A stretch of 64,000 nucleotides of DNA from Bacillota bacterium (GCA_021849745.1 JAJZSN010000003.1:891-64890), one strand, 5' to 3'; numbered from the stretch's first letter, positions 14,955 to 24,763 are shown. Notes: a model not told the origin generated them from the letters alone. Numbers and translations are program-made.

Positions 14955-17900
14955 TTGACGGTTAGAAGGGTTTTCGTGGAAAAGAAAAAGGGTTTTGATA
15001 TTGAAGCGCGGAGTTTTTTTCTTGACCTTACAGAAAACTTGGGCATCAAGGGCCTGGAAGCTGTAAGGATAATTAACCGTTATGATATTTCCGGTATTTC
15101 TGATGAGGAGTATGCTCAAGCCCGGAACACCATTTTTTCTGAACCCCCGGTGGATTTGGTTTATGATGAGATCTTGCCTGTTGATGGAGGGGACAGGGTT
15201 TTTGCCATGGAATACCTGCCTGGGCAGTATGATCAGAGGGCTGATTCGGCGGCCCAGTGTGTGCAGATTCTGACCCAGAAGGAGCGGCCCCAGATTCTTT
15301 CGGCTAAGGTGATTGTCCTTAAAGGGGATATTTCTGATGATGAGTTGGTCAGGATAAAAGCCTATTATATTAACCCGGTGGAATCCAGGGAGGCGGCCCT
15401 GGACAAGCCTGTATCCCTGGAGATGCAGACCGAGGTTCCTCCCGATGTGGAAGTCCTGGAGGGTTTTATCAACAAGAGTGATGAAGAACTGCAAAAATTT
15501 ATGGATTCCATGGGCTTTGCCATGAACTTCGAGGACTTGAAGTTCTGTCAGGAGTATTTCCGGGAGACGGAAAAGAGGGATCCCACCATCACTGAGATCA
15601 AGGCCATTGATACCTATTGGTCGGATCATTGCCGCCATACCACTTTTTTCACTGAAATTGAAGAGGTGAATATTGAGGAGGGGGCTTTTAACCGTCCGGT
15701 GAAAGCCGCTTATCAGGAATACTTGGCTTCCAGGAGCTATGTCTATGGGGATAGAGAGAAAGACGTCTGTTTGATGGATATAGCGGTGATGGGGATGAAG
15801 GAATTAAAGAAACGGGGCCTGCTGACAGACTTGGACGAGTCTGATGAGATTAACGCTTGCAGTATCGTGGTGGATGTGGATGTGGACGGCCGGTCGGAAG
15901 AGTGGCTGGTGATGTTTAAAAACGAGACCCATAACCATCCTACGGAAATAGAGCCCTTTGGCGGGGCCGCCACCTGTCTGGGGGGCGCCATCAGGGATCC
16001 TTTGTCCGGCCGGTCTTATGTGTACCAGGCCATGCGGGTTACCGGCAGCGGCGACCCCAGGACTCCCATCGAGGAGACCCTCCCCGGCAAGTTGCCCCAA
16101 AGAACCATTACCACCGGGGCCGCTTCCGGGTACAGTTCCTACGGCAATCAAATCGGTTTAGCCACCGGTCAAGTGGCGGAAGTTTATGATGAAGGCTTTG
16201 TGGCCAAACGGATGGAAATCGGGGCGGTAATCGCCGCAGCGCCGAAGCATAATGTGGTTCGGGAGATTCCCCTTCCGGGGGATATGGTCATTCTCCTAGG
16301 GGGCCGTACAGGCCGTGACGGCTGCGGCGGGGCCACCGGGTCGTCCAAGGAGCACACCGAAGAATCTCTCTTCGCTTGTGGCGCCGAGGTGCAAAAGGGT
16401 AACCCCCCTGAGGAGAGAAAGATTCAGCGGTTGTTTAGAAACCCGGAAGTTAGCACCATGATTAAAAAGTGCAACGACTTCGGAGCGGGTGGGATTTCCG
16501 TTGCCATCGGTGAGCTCACCGACGGCCTGGAAATCAACCTGGACGTGGTTCCCAAGAAATATGAAGGGCTGGACGGCACCGAGCTGGCCATCTCCGAGTC
16601 CCAGGAGCGGATGGCGGTGGTGGTGGCCCCGGAGAAGGCTGAGGCCTTCATGAGAGCGGCCCGAAAGGAGAACCTGGAAGCTACTGTGGTGGCCAAGGTG
16701 ACTGCCGAACCTCGGTTGAAGATGTTCTGGCGGGGTAAGACCATTGTGGACATCAGCCGGGACTTCCTTAATACTAACGGAGTTAAGCAGAAGACACAGG
16801 TTACTGTCCAACCTCCAGCAGAAGAAGATAACTACTTTAACACTCTGCCTGGAGGGGTGGTGGAAAACCTGCCTGATTTGAAGGCAGCTTGGTTGGCCAA
16901 CCTCCAGGATTTGAACGTTTGTAGCCAGAAGGGTATGGTGGAACGGTTTGATAGCACCATCGGTGCCGGTACAGTACTGCTGCCCTTTGGTGGTCAATAT
17001 CAGGCTACCCCGGCTGAAGGTATGGTGGCTAAGATTCCTGTGCTTTCGGGTGACACCAACACCGGTACGGTGATGACCTATGGCTATAATCCCAAATTGG
17101 CCAAGTGGAGTCCCTTCCACGGCGCTTTGTATGCCGTGGTCGAGGCGGCGGCCAAGGTGGTAGCCACCGGAGGGGATTACCGGGGCATCAGGCTTACCTT
17201 GCAAGAATACTTTGAGAAGCTGGGCAAGGATGCTGCCAAATGGGGCAAACCCTTCAGCGCCCTGCTGGGGGCCTTCTACGCCCAGAAGAAACTGGGGATT
17301 CCGGCCATCGGCGGTAAAGATAGCATGTCCGGGACTTTCAAGGACTTGAATGTTCCTCCTACACTGGTGGCTTTTGCGGTGGATACGGTGGATGTTAATA
17401 AGGTTGTTTCCCCGGAATTCAAGAAGGCTGGCAGTCAAGTGGTATTGGTTCCTATGGTGCGGGATGCCCAGGAACTGCCTGACTTTGCTATAGTGGATAG
17501 AAACTTTTCCAAGGTGACTGAGTTAATTCAGGGAGGCCAGGTTCTGGCTGCCCATACAGTGAGAATTGGCGGTTTGGCTGAAGCTGTGAGCAAGATGGCC
17601 TTTGGCAACAGAATCGGGATGGTCTTTGGTCAAGAAGTTAACTCCGGCAAACTTTTTGCCCCGGATTATGGTTCCATTGTGTTGGAGGTTAAAGAAGGGG
17701 TTGATTTGCCCCAAGCCTTCGGCAGTGTGGAATATCAGGTGTTGGGTCGGACTCAGAATAGCCCTGTGATTGCTGTTAACGGAGTGGAGATTAGACTGGA
17801 GGAGGCTCATGGCCACTGGACCAGTCCTTTGGAGAAAATCTTCCCCACCAGGGCCGGGGAAATCCAGGAACAGCCCAAGGTTATCTCCTTTGAAGGGAGA

Positions 17901-18728
17901 AATACCGCCAAACCTGCTGTTACCGTGGCTAAGCCAAGGGTATTCATGCCGGTATTCCCAGGGACCAACTGTGAGTATGACACTGCCCGGGCCTTCGAAA
18001 AAGCCGGTGGTGTGGTGGAAACTTTGGTTATTAGGAACCTGTCGGCGGCAGAGATTGAGGAATCTATAGCGGCCCTGGTCAAGGGCATTAGCCAAGCCCA
18101 AATGGTCATGCTCCCCGGCGGCTTCAGCGGCGGCGACGAGCCTGACGGTTCCGGGAAATTCATTGCTACTGCCTTTAGGAACCCTAAAGTTAAAGAGGCT
18201 GTTACCCAATTGTTGCAACAAAGGGACGGGCTGATGTTGGGTATCTGTAACGGCTTCCAGGCGCTAATCAAGCTAGGCCTGGTTCCCTACGGGGAAATTA
18301 GAGAGATTATCGAGGAGTGTCCTACCCTGACTTATAATAACATCAACCGTCACGTATCCTGCATGGTGCAGACCAAGGTGGTTTCCACCTTGTCCCCCTG
18401 GTTTAACAATGTCCGGGCCGGGGATGTGCATACCATCGCTGTCTCTCATGGTGAGGGAAGATTTGTGGCTAATGAAGCCATGGTGGAGGAAATAATTAAA
18501 AATGGTCAGGTTGCCACCCAGTATGTTGACTTTGCAGGGAATCCCACTTATGATATCGCCTTCAACCCCAATGGCTCAGTTCATGCTATTGAGGGTATCA
18601 CCAGTCCGGATGGACGGGTACTGGGTAAGATGGGCCACTCCGAACGGGTCGGTGCTAATGTGGCGGTCAATGTACCCGGTGAGAAAGATCAGAAGATATT
18701 TGAAGCGGGAGTTAGGTATTTTAAGTAA
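14955..18728 (+). CDS. purL: Phosphoribosylformylglycinamidine (FGAM) synthase, single-chain large form
   Basis: 1257 aa. The N-terminus MTVRRVFVEKKKGFDIEA is PurS-like. Two AIR-synthase-like repeats follow. The C-terminal GATase has GICNGFQ and SHGEGR. Confidence 0.97.
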   Translation: MTVRRVFVEKKKGFDIEARSFFLDLTENLGIKGLEAVRIINRYDISGISDEEYAQARNTIFSEPPVDLVYDEILPVDGGDRVFAMEYLPGQYDQRADSAAQCVQILTQKERPQILSAKVIVLKGDISDDELVRIKAYYINPVESREAALDKPVSLEMQTEVPPDVEVLEGFINKSDEELQKFMDSMGFAMNFEDLKFCQEYFRETEKRDPTITEIKAIDTYWSDHCRHTTFFTEIEEVNIEEGAFNRPVKAAYQEYLASRSYVYGDREKDVCLMDIAVMGMKELKKRGLLTDLDESDEINACSIVVDVDVDGRSEEWLVMFKNETHNHPTEIEPFGGAATCLGGAIRDPLSGRSYVYQAMRVTGSGDPRTPIEETLPGKLPQRTITTGAASGYSSYGNQIGLATGQVAEVYDEGFVAKRMEIGAVIAAAPKHNVVREIPLPGDMVILLGGRTGRDGCGGATGSSKEHTEESLFACGAEVQKGNPPEERKIQRLFRNPEVSTMIKKCNDFGAGGISVAIGELTDGLEINLDVVPKKYEGLDGTELAISESQERMAVVVAPEKAEAFMRAARKENLEATVVAKVTAEPRLKMFWRGKTIVDISRDFLNTNGVKQKTQVTVQPPAEEDNYFNTLPGGVVENLPDLKAAWLANLQDLNVCSQKGMVERFDSTIGAGTVLLPFGGQYQATPAEGMVAKIPVLSGDTNTGTVMTYGYNPKLAKWSPFHGALYAVVEAAAKVVATGGDYRGIRLTLQEYFEKLGKDAAKWGKPFSALLGAFYAQKKLGIPAIGGKDSMSGTFKDLNVPPTLVAFAVDTVDVNKVVSPEFKKAGSQVVLVPMVRDAQELPDFAIVDRNFSKVTELIQGGQVLAAHTVRIGGLAEAVSKMAFGNRIGMVFGQEVNSGKLFAPDYGSIVLEVKEGVDLPQAFGSVEYQVLGRTQNSPVIAVNGVEIRLEEAHGHWTSPLEKIFPTRAGEIQEQPKVISFEGRNTAKPAVTVAKPRVFMPVFPGTNCEYDTARAFEKAGGVVETLVIRNLSAAEIEESIAALVKGISQAQMVMLPGGFSGGDEPDGSGKFIATAFRNPKVKEAVTQLLQQRDGLMLGICNGFQALIKLGLVPYGEIREIIEECPTLTYNNINRHVSCMVQTKVVSTLSPWFNNVRAGDVHTIAVSHGEGRFVANEAMVEEIIKNGQVATQYVDFAGNPTYDIAFNPNGSVHAIEGITSPDGRVLGKMGHSERVGANVAVNVPGEKDQKIFEAGVRYFK

Positions 18729-18790
18729 GATGGACTAGTTTGAGGTCATTAATATAAATAGAAAGTTAAATGAAATAGAGATTACACATA

Positions 18791-18821
18791 AAAAAATAAC
18801 CGTGGCTTAGGTTATTTTTTT
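18791..18821 (+). terminator. Rho-independent terminator after purL
   Basis: AAAATAACC pairs with GGTTATTTT around an 8-nt loop, and a T-run follows. Confidence 0.7.
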
Positions 18822-18970
18822 ATTACCATTTAAATTATTTTTTAACATTCAAATTGCCCTAATAGTTTTTACCCTCCGAGCTTTGCATACCGTTGGGTAC
18901 AGTAATAATTGTTATAAATAAAAGGATTCCAACATATTATTGGCGAAAAAGAAAGTAGGAGGTGGATTTA

Positions 18971-20350
18971 ATGGTAGAATCGACCAAAAAGCTATCCCCC
19001 AAATGGGTCAATCAGCTGGATCAAGAGGTCAAGGTCTGGCAACAAGAGGGTATCATCAACGAAACCCAGGCCGGGGCCATCCTGAGCAGATATAACAACC
19101 TCCGCCAAAAGGACGAAGGCGGCAGACTGGTGACCATTCTGGCTATCATCGGCGCAATCCTCCTTGGTGCCGGGGTAATCATGTTCTTTGCCGCCAACTG
19201 GCAGGCAATGGCCAAGGGTTTAAAAGTCGCTATAGTACTGGGTAGTGTCATTATCGCTTATGCCGCAGGTTACTACCTGACCTTCGAGAAACAAAACTAT
19301 CCCAGGGTGGGCAGGGCGTTAATTTTCCTGGGTACGGTCCTATACGGGGCTGGGATATGGCTCATCGCCCAGATATTCCACATCAGTTCCCATTATCCCA
19401 ATGGGGTGCTCTTTTGGTTCCTAGGAATTATTCCGGTGGTTTTGGTTTGTCGGTCCCTCTCGGTTTTAATAGAAGTATCTTTGTTACTGACCCTATGGAC
19501 GGTTCTAGAGCAGACAGGGTTTGAAAATTATAATTGGTTATACCTGCCCTTATTGGCGGTTATTCTGGGGCTTGGTTATTATATAAAATCCCGTGTGGCA
19601 ACAGGCCTTACTCTGGCGGGAACGGTATTCTGGATGGTTCTTGGCGGGTTTGTTTCTTTTAAGGGGATAAGTGAAATCCAGGGTATCTGGTTTGTTTTTC
19701 TTCTGGTCATGGTTCTGGGTTGGTTAATCTATTCTATGGGGAATCTTCAGGGCATGATGGAAAAGTTTTCGTTTATGAAGATTTCTTTTCAAATAGTGGG
19801 TTTACTGGCTTTTTTCCTGTTTCTTTTCCTGGCCACCTTTGAATGGTTTGTTCCCGATTTTTATTCTTATTATGGTACAGAACGGAATTTTAATTATTCC
19901 GGCTTTTTTATGGTTACATATGGTTTGGCGGCCCTTGGGGCAACGGGGAGCGGTCTTTGGGTTTTGTTAAAAGGCAAAGGCGACTCTAGTTACCGCAGGG
20001 AAGGTTTGCTGATCTTAACGGTTTCTATTATCTTAATGGGGTTGGCCTTCTTGGCTCCTTGGTTAAGTAAAGGTGAGTATTTGGCTATTGCCAACTTACT
20101 GCTTTTTGCTGTTATAGTTACGGTAATTGTTATGGGGTATTATAATAAAGAAGCTGTGTTAATCAACTTTGGTCTGGTGTTTTTTGTCCTGGACATTATC
20201 GCCCGGTATTTCGATTTCTTTTGGGATATGTTACCCAAATCGGTATTTTTCATGGCCGGGGGGCTGCTGCTCCTGGGGGGAGGATTTCTCCTTGAACGGA
20301 ACAGGAGAAAGATTATCCGGGAAATGAGGGTGATGAATCATGAGGTCTAA
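18971..20350 (+). CDS. DUF2157-type polytopic membrane protein
   Basis: The cytoplasmic N-terminus reads ...WQQEGIINETQAGAILSRY, followed by about 12 TM helices. AGGAGG lies 8 nt before ATG 18971. Confidence 0.75.
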   Translation: MVESTKKLSPKWVNQLDQEVKVWQQEGIINETQAGAILSRYNNLRQKDEGGRLVTILAIIGAILLGAGVIMFFAANWQAMAKGLKVAIVLGSVIIAYAAGYYLTFEKQNYPRVGRALIFLGTVLYGAGIWLIAQIFHISSHYPNGVLFWFLGIIPVVLVCRSLSVLIEVSLLLTLWTVLEQTGFENYNWLYLPLLAVILGLGYYIKSRVATGLTLAGTVFWMVLGGFVSFKGISEIQGIWFVFLLVMVLGWLIYSMGNLQGMMEKFSFMKISFQIVGLLAFFLFLFLATFEWFVPDFYSYYGTERNFNYSGFFMVTYGLAALGATGSGLWVLLKGKGDSSYRREGLLILTVSIILMGLAFLAPWLSKGEYLAIANLLLFAVIVTVIVMGYYNKEAVLINFGLVFFVLDIIARYFDFFWDMLPKSVFFMAGGLLLLGGGFLLERNRRKIIREMRVMNHEV

Positions 20351-20867
20351 ATTATGGTTTACCCTGGCGGTTGGGCTGCAGATAGCTGTTCTGTTGATAA
20401 TGATAGGCATGAAGCTTTTTACTCTAACCTACGGAACCAAGGTTTTACTCCAGACCTTGCCTGTGGATCCCTGGGATATGTTCAGGGGAGATTATGTTAC
20501 CCTTAATTATGTCATCACCCAGGTGGATTTGAAGAAGGTTACGGCAGATAAAAAGGAATATAAACATAATGAAAGGGTTTACGTGGGGTTGAAGAAAGAC
20601 GGTAAGTATTGGGTGGCAAAATCGGTTTCCGGTCAGCCACCGGACGATGGCAGTCTTGCCATCAAGGGTAAGGTTAATTATTATGACGAAATGAGTAAAA
20701 TAATCTCTATAAATTATGGAATAGATAGTTATTATGTCCCTCAACATGAGGGCCGTAAGATAGAGAATGCCAGGGTTCTGGCTGATGTAGAAGTCAGTGT
20801 GGACCGTTGGGGTAATTCAGCCTTGTCTAAGCTCTTCTTAGAAGGTAAAGAGGTTCAATTTCAATAA
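20340..20867 (+). CDS. GDYXXLXY-domain membrane-anchored protein
   Basis: Literal motif FRGDYVTLNY. The gene overlaps the preceding DUF2157 gene by 11 nt, which is the usual pairing. Confidence 0.8.
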   Translation: MRSKLWFTLAVGLQIAVLLIMIGMKLFTLTYGTKVLLQTLPVDPWDMFRGDYVTLNYVITQVDLKKVTADKKEYKHNERVYVGLKKDGKYWVAKSVSGQPPDDGSLAIKGKVNYYDEMSKIISINYGIDSYYVPQHEGRKIENARVLADVEVSVDRWGNSALSKLFLEGKEVQFQ

Positions 20868-20884
20868 ATGAGAGGTTATGGAAG

Positions 20885-22882
20885 ATGGAAATACCCTTAC
20901 TTAAAGACATTTTGATAATTTTTGGACTTTCTGTGGTTGTACTTTTCATCTTTCACCGCCTAAAAATACCGACAGTGGTAGGGTTTTTGCTGACAGGTAT
21001 CATGGCCGGGCCCCATGGGTTGAGGTTGGTGGACGGGTTGCATGAGGTTGAGGTATTAGCTGAATTTGGTGTGGTTTTGCTACTTTTCACCATTGGGATG
21101 GAATTCTCTTTTGAAAGACTGGCTCAGATTAAGAAGCCTGTCTTGGTGGGCGGTTCTTTTCAGGTGTTCTTCACTATATTGGTTGCTTTTCTCCTGACCT
21201 GGGCCCTGGGGCTTCCTTTTGGTCAAGCTGTTTTTATCGGTTTTCTGGTTTCCCTCAGCAGTACAGCCATTGTGCTCAAACTCATTCAGGAGAGGGCTGA
21301 GGTTGACAGCCCTCATGGGCGAACAACTTTGGGGATTTTGATTTTCCAGGACATTATCATCGTACCCCTGATGCTTTTTACCCCTTTGCTGGCCGGCGGG
21401 ACGGGGGATATGGGACAGGCCTTGTTGATTCTCCTGGCCAAAGGGATTGGGGTAATCCTGTTGGTTGTGGTGGGTACCAGGTGGGTGGTGCCCCAATTGT
21501 TATATCAAATCGCCAAAACCCGCGATCGGGAGCTTTTTTTGTTAAGTATTGTGGCTATATGTGTAGCGGTAGCTTGGGTAACCAATGCTGCGGGGTTATC
21601 CCTGGCTTTAGGAGCGTTTTTAGCAGGGTTAATTATTTCCGAGTCGGAATATAGTCATCAGGCCTTGGGTAATGTATTACCTTTTAAGGATGTTTTCACC
21701 AGTTTTTTCTTTGTTTCCATTGGTATGTTGTTGAACCTAAATTTTCTTTTGGAGCAGTCGGTTCTTGTATTTGCTATTGCTTTGGTAGTGCTGGGCCTGA
21801 AGACCTTGATTGCCGGGATGGCGGCTATTATCCTGGGTTATCCTTTACGTATCGTTATCCTGGTAGGGCTAGCTCTTAGCCAGGTGGGGGAATTTTCCTT
21901 TATCCTGTCCAAGACCGGGGTAAAACACGGTTTGCTAAAGGGTGATGTTTATCAGATGTTCCTGGCGGTTTCGGTACTAACCATGGCCGCAACGCCATTT
22001 ATCATCGCCGCTGCCCCACGGGTTGCCCAAGGGGTAATTAGGTTACCTTTGCCGGCTAAGCTGAAAGCAGGTCAGTTACTCCTTGAAGAAGATAGGGGTG
22101 CAGACCTCAAAGATCATCTGATTATCATCGGTTTTGGCCTCAATGGTAAAAACCTGGCTAGGGCCGCTTCTGCCGCAGAAATCCCTTACTTGATTCTCGA
22201 AATGAATACTGATTCGGTTCGTTCGGGCCGAGAAAACGGCGAACCCATCATGTTCGGGGACGCCACCCAGGAAGCGGTTTTGCATCACGCTAATATCAAG
22301 GAGGGCAGGGTTGCAGTGGTGGCTATCTCCGACCCGGCGGCCACCCGGAGAATCACTGAAGTCTTGCGGCGAATCAATCCGAAGATCTATATCCTGGTAC
22401 GAACCCGTTATCTCCAGGAACTGGAGTCTTTGTATCAATTGGGTGCCGATGAAGTTATTCCCGAAGAATTTGAGACTTCGGTGGAGATTTTCACCCGGGT
22501 GTTAAAGAAATATCTTATCCCCAGGGATGAGATTGAGAGCTTTGTAGCCGAAGTACGGGCCGATGGTTATGACATGTTCCGAACCATTGCTAAAAAGTCG
22601 GCTTCTTTTTCCGATCTCAAGATACACTTGCCGGAGATTGAAATAAGTACTTTTCGTATTAATGAAAACTCCCCGGCAGCCGAGAAAACTCTGGCCCAGA
22701 TAGAACTTAGAAAAAAACACGGTGTCACCCTGCTGGCTATCCGGCGTAACGCTGAAACCCTGTTCATGCCCCATGGAGATACTAAAATCCAAGCTAACGA
22801 TGTGGTTGTTGTGGTTGGCAAAAGGAATAAGTTATCGGAAGTCAATAAACTTTTTTATGATGTCAATTTAAAGGGAAATTAG
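20885..22882 (+). CDS. CPA2-family K+/H+ antiporter with TrkA-N and TrkA-C (RCK) domains (Kef type)
   Basis: Na_H exchanger membrane core, then the IIIGFGLNG Rossmann motif, then a C-terminal TrkA-C (...LLAIRRNAETLFMPHGDTKIQANDVVVVVG). Confidence 0.9.
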   Translation: MEIPLLKDILIIFGLSVVVLFIFHRLKIPTVVGFLLTGIMAGPHGLRLVDGLHEVEVLAEFGVVLLLFTIGMEFSFERLAQIKKPVLVGGSFQVFFTILVAFLLTWALGLPFGQAVFIGFLVSLSSTAIVLKLIQERAEVDSPHGRTTLGILIFQDIIIVPLMLFTPLLAGGTGDMGQALLILLAKGIGVILLVVVGTRWVVPQLLYQIAKTRDRELFLLSIVAICVAVAWVTNAAGLSLALGAFLAGLIISESEYSHQALGNVLPFKDVFTSFFFVSIGMLLNLNFLLEQSVLVFAIALVVLGLKTLIAGMAAIILGYPLRIVILVGLALSQVGEFSFILSKTGVKHGLLKGDVYQMFLAVSVLTMAATPFIIAAAPRVAQGVIRLPLPAKLKAGQLLLEEDRGADLKDHLIIIGFGLNGKNLARAASAAEIPYLILEMNTDSVRSGRENGEPIMFGDATQEAVLHHANIKEGRVAVVAISDPAATRRITEVLRRINPKIYILVRTRYLQELESLYQLGADEVIPEEFETSVEIFTRVLKKYLIPRDEIESFVAEVRADGYDMFRTIAKKSASFSDLKIHLPEIEISTFRINENSPAAEKTLAQIELRKKHGVTLLAIRRNAETLFMPHGDTKIQANDVVVVVGKRNKLSEVNKLFYDVNLKGN

Positions 22883-22926
22883 CCCGAATAATATTAAAAG
22901 AATCCCTAAAAACGTTCGGGTTTTCG

Positions 22927-22955
22927 TTGACACCAAAAGAGCTTTTTGTTACTAT
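22927..22955 (+). promoter_or_regulatory. Sigma-A-type promoter for the riboswitch-permease transcript
   Basis: TTGACA (22927-22932), a 17-nt spacer ending in TGT, then TACTAT (22950-22955). Confidence 0.5.
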
Positions 22956-22975
22956 TTAAGTGAGGACAAGTAAAT

Positions 22976-23046
22976 ATCTCGTATAAGTTTGAGAATATGG
23001 CTCTTACGTTTCTACCGGGCAACCGTAAATTGCTCGACTACGGGGG
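22976..23046 (+). promoter_or_regulatory. Purine riboswitch aptamer, guanine/hypoxanthine class
   Basis: TATAA...AATATGG...GTTTCTACCGGGCAACCGTAAATTGCTCGACTACG matches the G-box core (L2 ATATGG, J2/3 GTTTCTACC, L3 CCGTAAAT). The specificity position in GACTAC is C. P1 pairs CTCGTA with TACGGG. Confidence 0.85.
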
Positions 23047-23218
23047 AAAACTGCTACGCCAAAGGAGAAAAACCCGGACGGATAGGATTCACTCGATTCT
23101 AAGGAGAGAAAAACCATCAGTTCGGGTATACTTTTTAGGAGGTGGTACATGGCTGGTCATTAGCCAGGTTAATTTTCCCTGTGGTTTTAAAAGACAGAAA
23201 GTGAGGAGGCTGAATTAC

Positions 23219-24583
23219 TTGTTTGAAAAGCTTTTTAAGTTGCGAGAGAACAATACTGATGTCAGAACTGAAATCATTGCAGGTTTAACCACTTTCATGA
23301 CCATGGCTTACATCCTGGCGGTCAACCCTTCTATTCTCTCAGGCACCGGGATGGATAAAAACGCAATTTTCTTCGCCACTGCCGTGGCCGCCGGTTTAAT
23401 CACTATTGCCATGGGTCTCTTTGTTAACTTCCCCATCGCGTTGGCGCCTGGTATGGGCTTGAACGCTTATTTTGCTGTTGTGGCGGCCCAGGGCACAGGT
23501 ATTATGTCCTGGCAAGTGGCCCTTGGAGCTATCTTTATTTCCGGTATTATTTTTGTTATTTTAACTGTAACTAACATACGCCAATTATTAATGGTGGCTG
23601 TTCCTAATTCCATTAAGAAGGCCATCACCGTTGGTATTGGTTTGTTTATCACTCTCATTGGACTTAAGATGTCTGGTATCACCAGTGTATTCTTGCACCT
23701 GGGTCCCAGCCTTGAGTCTATTGGGAAATCAGGTTTAGGAACCCCATTATTCTTTGAATGGGATATCAAGATGGGGGCTATCACCCACGGTGATGCTCTG
23801 CTGGCTCTTATTGGTTTGGCTATTACCGGTATCTTGATGGCCAGAAGAATAAAAGGGGCTTTGTTGTGGGGGATTTTGCTCACCACCCTCATCGGTATAC
23901 CCATGGGTATTACCAAGCTGGAAGGTTTGACCTTTGGCCTGCCCGATTTTTCTAATCTGGCAGTGGGTCAACTGGATATCATGGGCGCCATTAATTATGG
24001 AATCATCAGTGTGGTGCTGACCTTTACCTTTGTGGAGTTATTCGATGCCTTCGGAACCCTGGTGGGAACCGCCAATAAAGCCGGATTGCTTGATGAGAAG
24101 GGTAACAACCCAAAAATCGGTAAGGCCATGTTTGTAGACGCTTTCGGGGTCAGCTTCGGCTCCCTGCTGGGAACCAGTACGGTAACCGCTTATATCGAGA
24201 GTGCGGCCGGTATCGGTGAAGGCGGCCGCACCGGTTTAACCGCCGTAACCACCGGTATCTTGTTCTTATTAGCTCTGTTCCTGGCGCCTTTATTCTTGAT
24301 GATTCCTGGTGCTGCCACAGCTCCCGCCCTGATTATCGTAGGTGTGCTGATGGTGGGCGCTATCCGGGATATTGATTTCGATGATTTCACCGAGGCTATG
24401 CCTGCGTTCATGGTTATGGCCCTCATGCCTTTCACCTGGAATATCGCCAACGGAATCTCCGCCGGTATCGTATTCTATTCCATGCTGAAAACTGTTACCG
24501 GCAAGGCCAAAGAAGTTCACTGGCTTATGTGGTTGCTGACCATATTGATTGTAGGAAGATATCTTTTCTTGGGGGGGGAGTAA
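23219..24583 (+). CDS. Purine (guanine/hypoxanthine) permease, NCS2 AzgA/PbuG family
   Basis: LFEKLFKLRENNTDVRTEIIAGLTTFMTMAYILAVNP is the family's N-terminus. GAGGAGG lies upstream of TTG 23219. The preceding 74 ORF-track codons cover the riboswitch. Confidence 0.9.
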   Translation: MFEKLFKLRENNTDVRTEIIAGLTTFMTMAYILAVNPSILSGTGMDKNAIFFATAVAAGLITIAMGLFVNFPIALAPGMGLNAYFAVVAAQGTGIMSWQVALGAIFISGIIFVILTVTNIRQLLMVAVPNSIKKAITVGIGLFITLIGLKMSGITSVFLHLGPSLESIGKSGLGTPLFFEWDIKMGAITHGDALLALIGLAITGILMARRIKGALLWGILLTTLIGIPMGITKLEGLTFGLPDFSNLAVGQLDIMGAINYGIISVVLTFTFVELFDAFGTLVGTANKAGLLDEKGNNPKIGKAMFVDAFGVSFGSLLGTSTVTAYIESAAGIGEGGRTGLTAVTTGILFLLALFLAPLFLMIPGAATAPALIIVGVLMVGAIRDIDFDDFTEAMPAFMVMALMPFTWNIANGISAGIVFYSMLKTVTGKAKEVHWLMWLLTILIVGRYLFLGGE

Positions 24584-24587
24584 AAGA

Positions 24588-24763
24588 AGCTGTCAGCTGT
24601 CAGCTATCAGCTGTCAGCGGCGGGCTTGCATTTTGGGATTTTTCGGACTAGGGGCCGTTGGCCCCTGTCCAGTCTTATTATAACGTTGATAATTACCGCT
24701 TATAGCGGATTATATAGTTAATTTTTTAAGCTGACGGCTGACAGCTGATAGCTGACAGCTGAC
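24588..24763. repeat. Inverted heptamer-arm element: 27-bp perfect arms around a 118-nt loop
   Basis: The left arm (AGCTGTC)2-AGCTATC-AGCTGTC-AGC spans 24588-24618. The right arm AGCTGAC-GGCTGAC-AGCTGAT-(AGCTGAC)2 spans 24729-24763. Positions 24592-24618 are the exact reverse complement of 24737-24763. Confidence 0.95.

Noticed and set aside
16296-17438. 380-aa minus-strand ORF
   Set aside because: It is antisense to the strongly supported purL. Its composition is Gly/Pro/His-rich and low in complexity, typical of a shadow ORF. The same reasoning applies to 14922-15638, 15804-16151, 17523-18221 and 17807-18271.
22997-23218. N-terminal 74 codons of the 528-aa permease ORF
   Set aside because: This stretch is the purine riboswitch aptamer and expression platform. 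Family-typical sequence and an SD begin at TTG 23219.
24694-24726. Internal promoter (TTGATA ... ATTATA/TATATA) inside the loop of the 24588-24763 element
   Set aside because: The -10 candidates are poor (ATTATA at 17 nt, TATATA at 19 nt). This is not strong enough to annotate.
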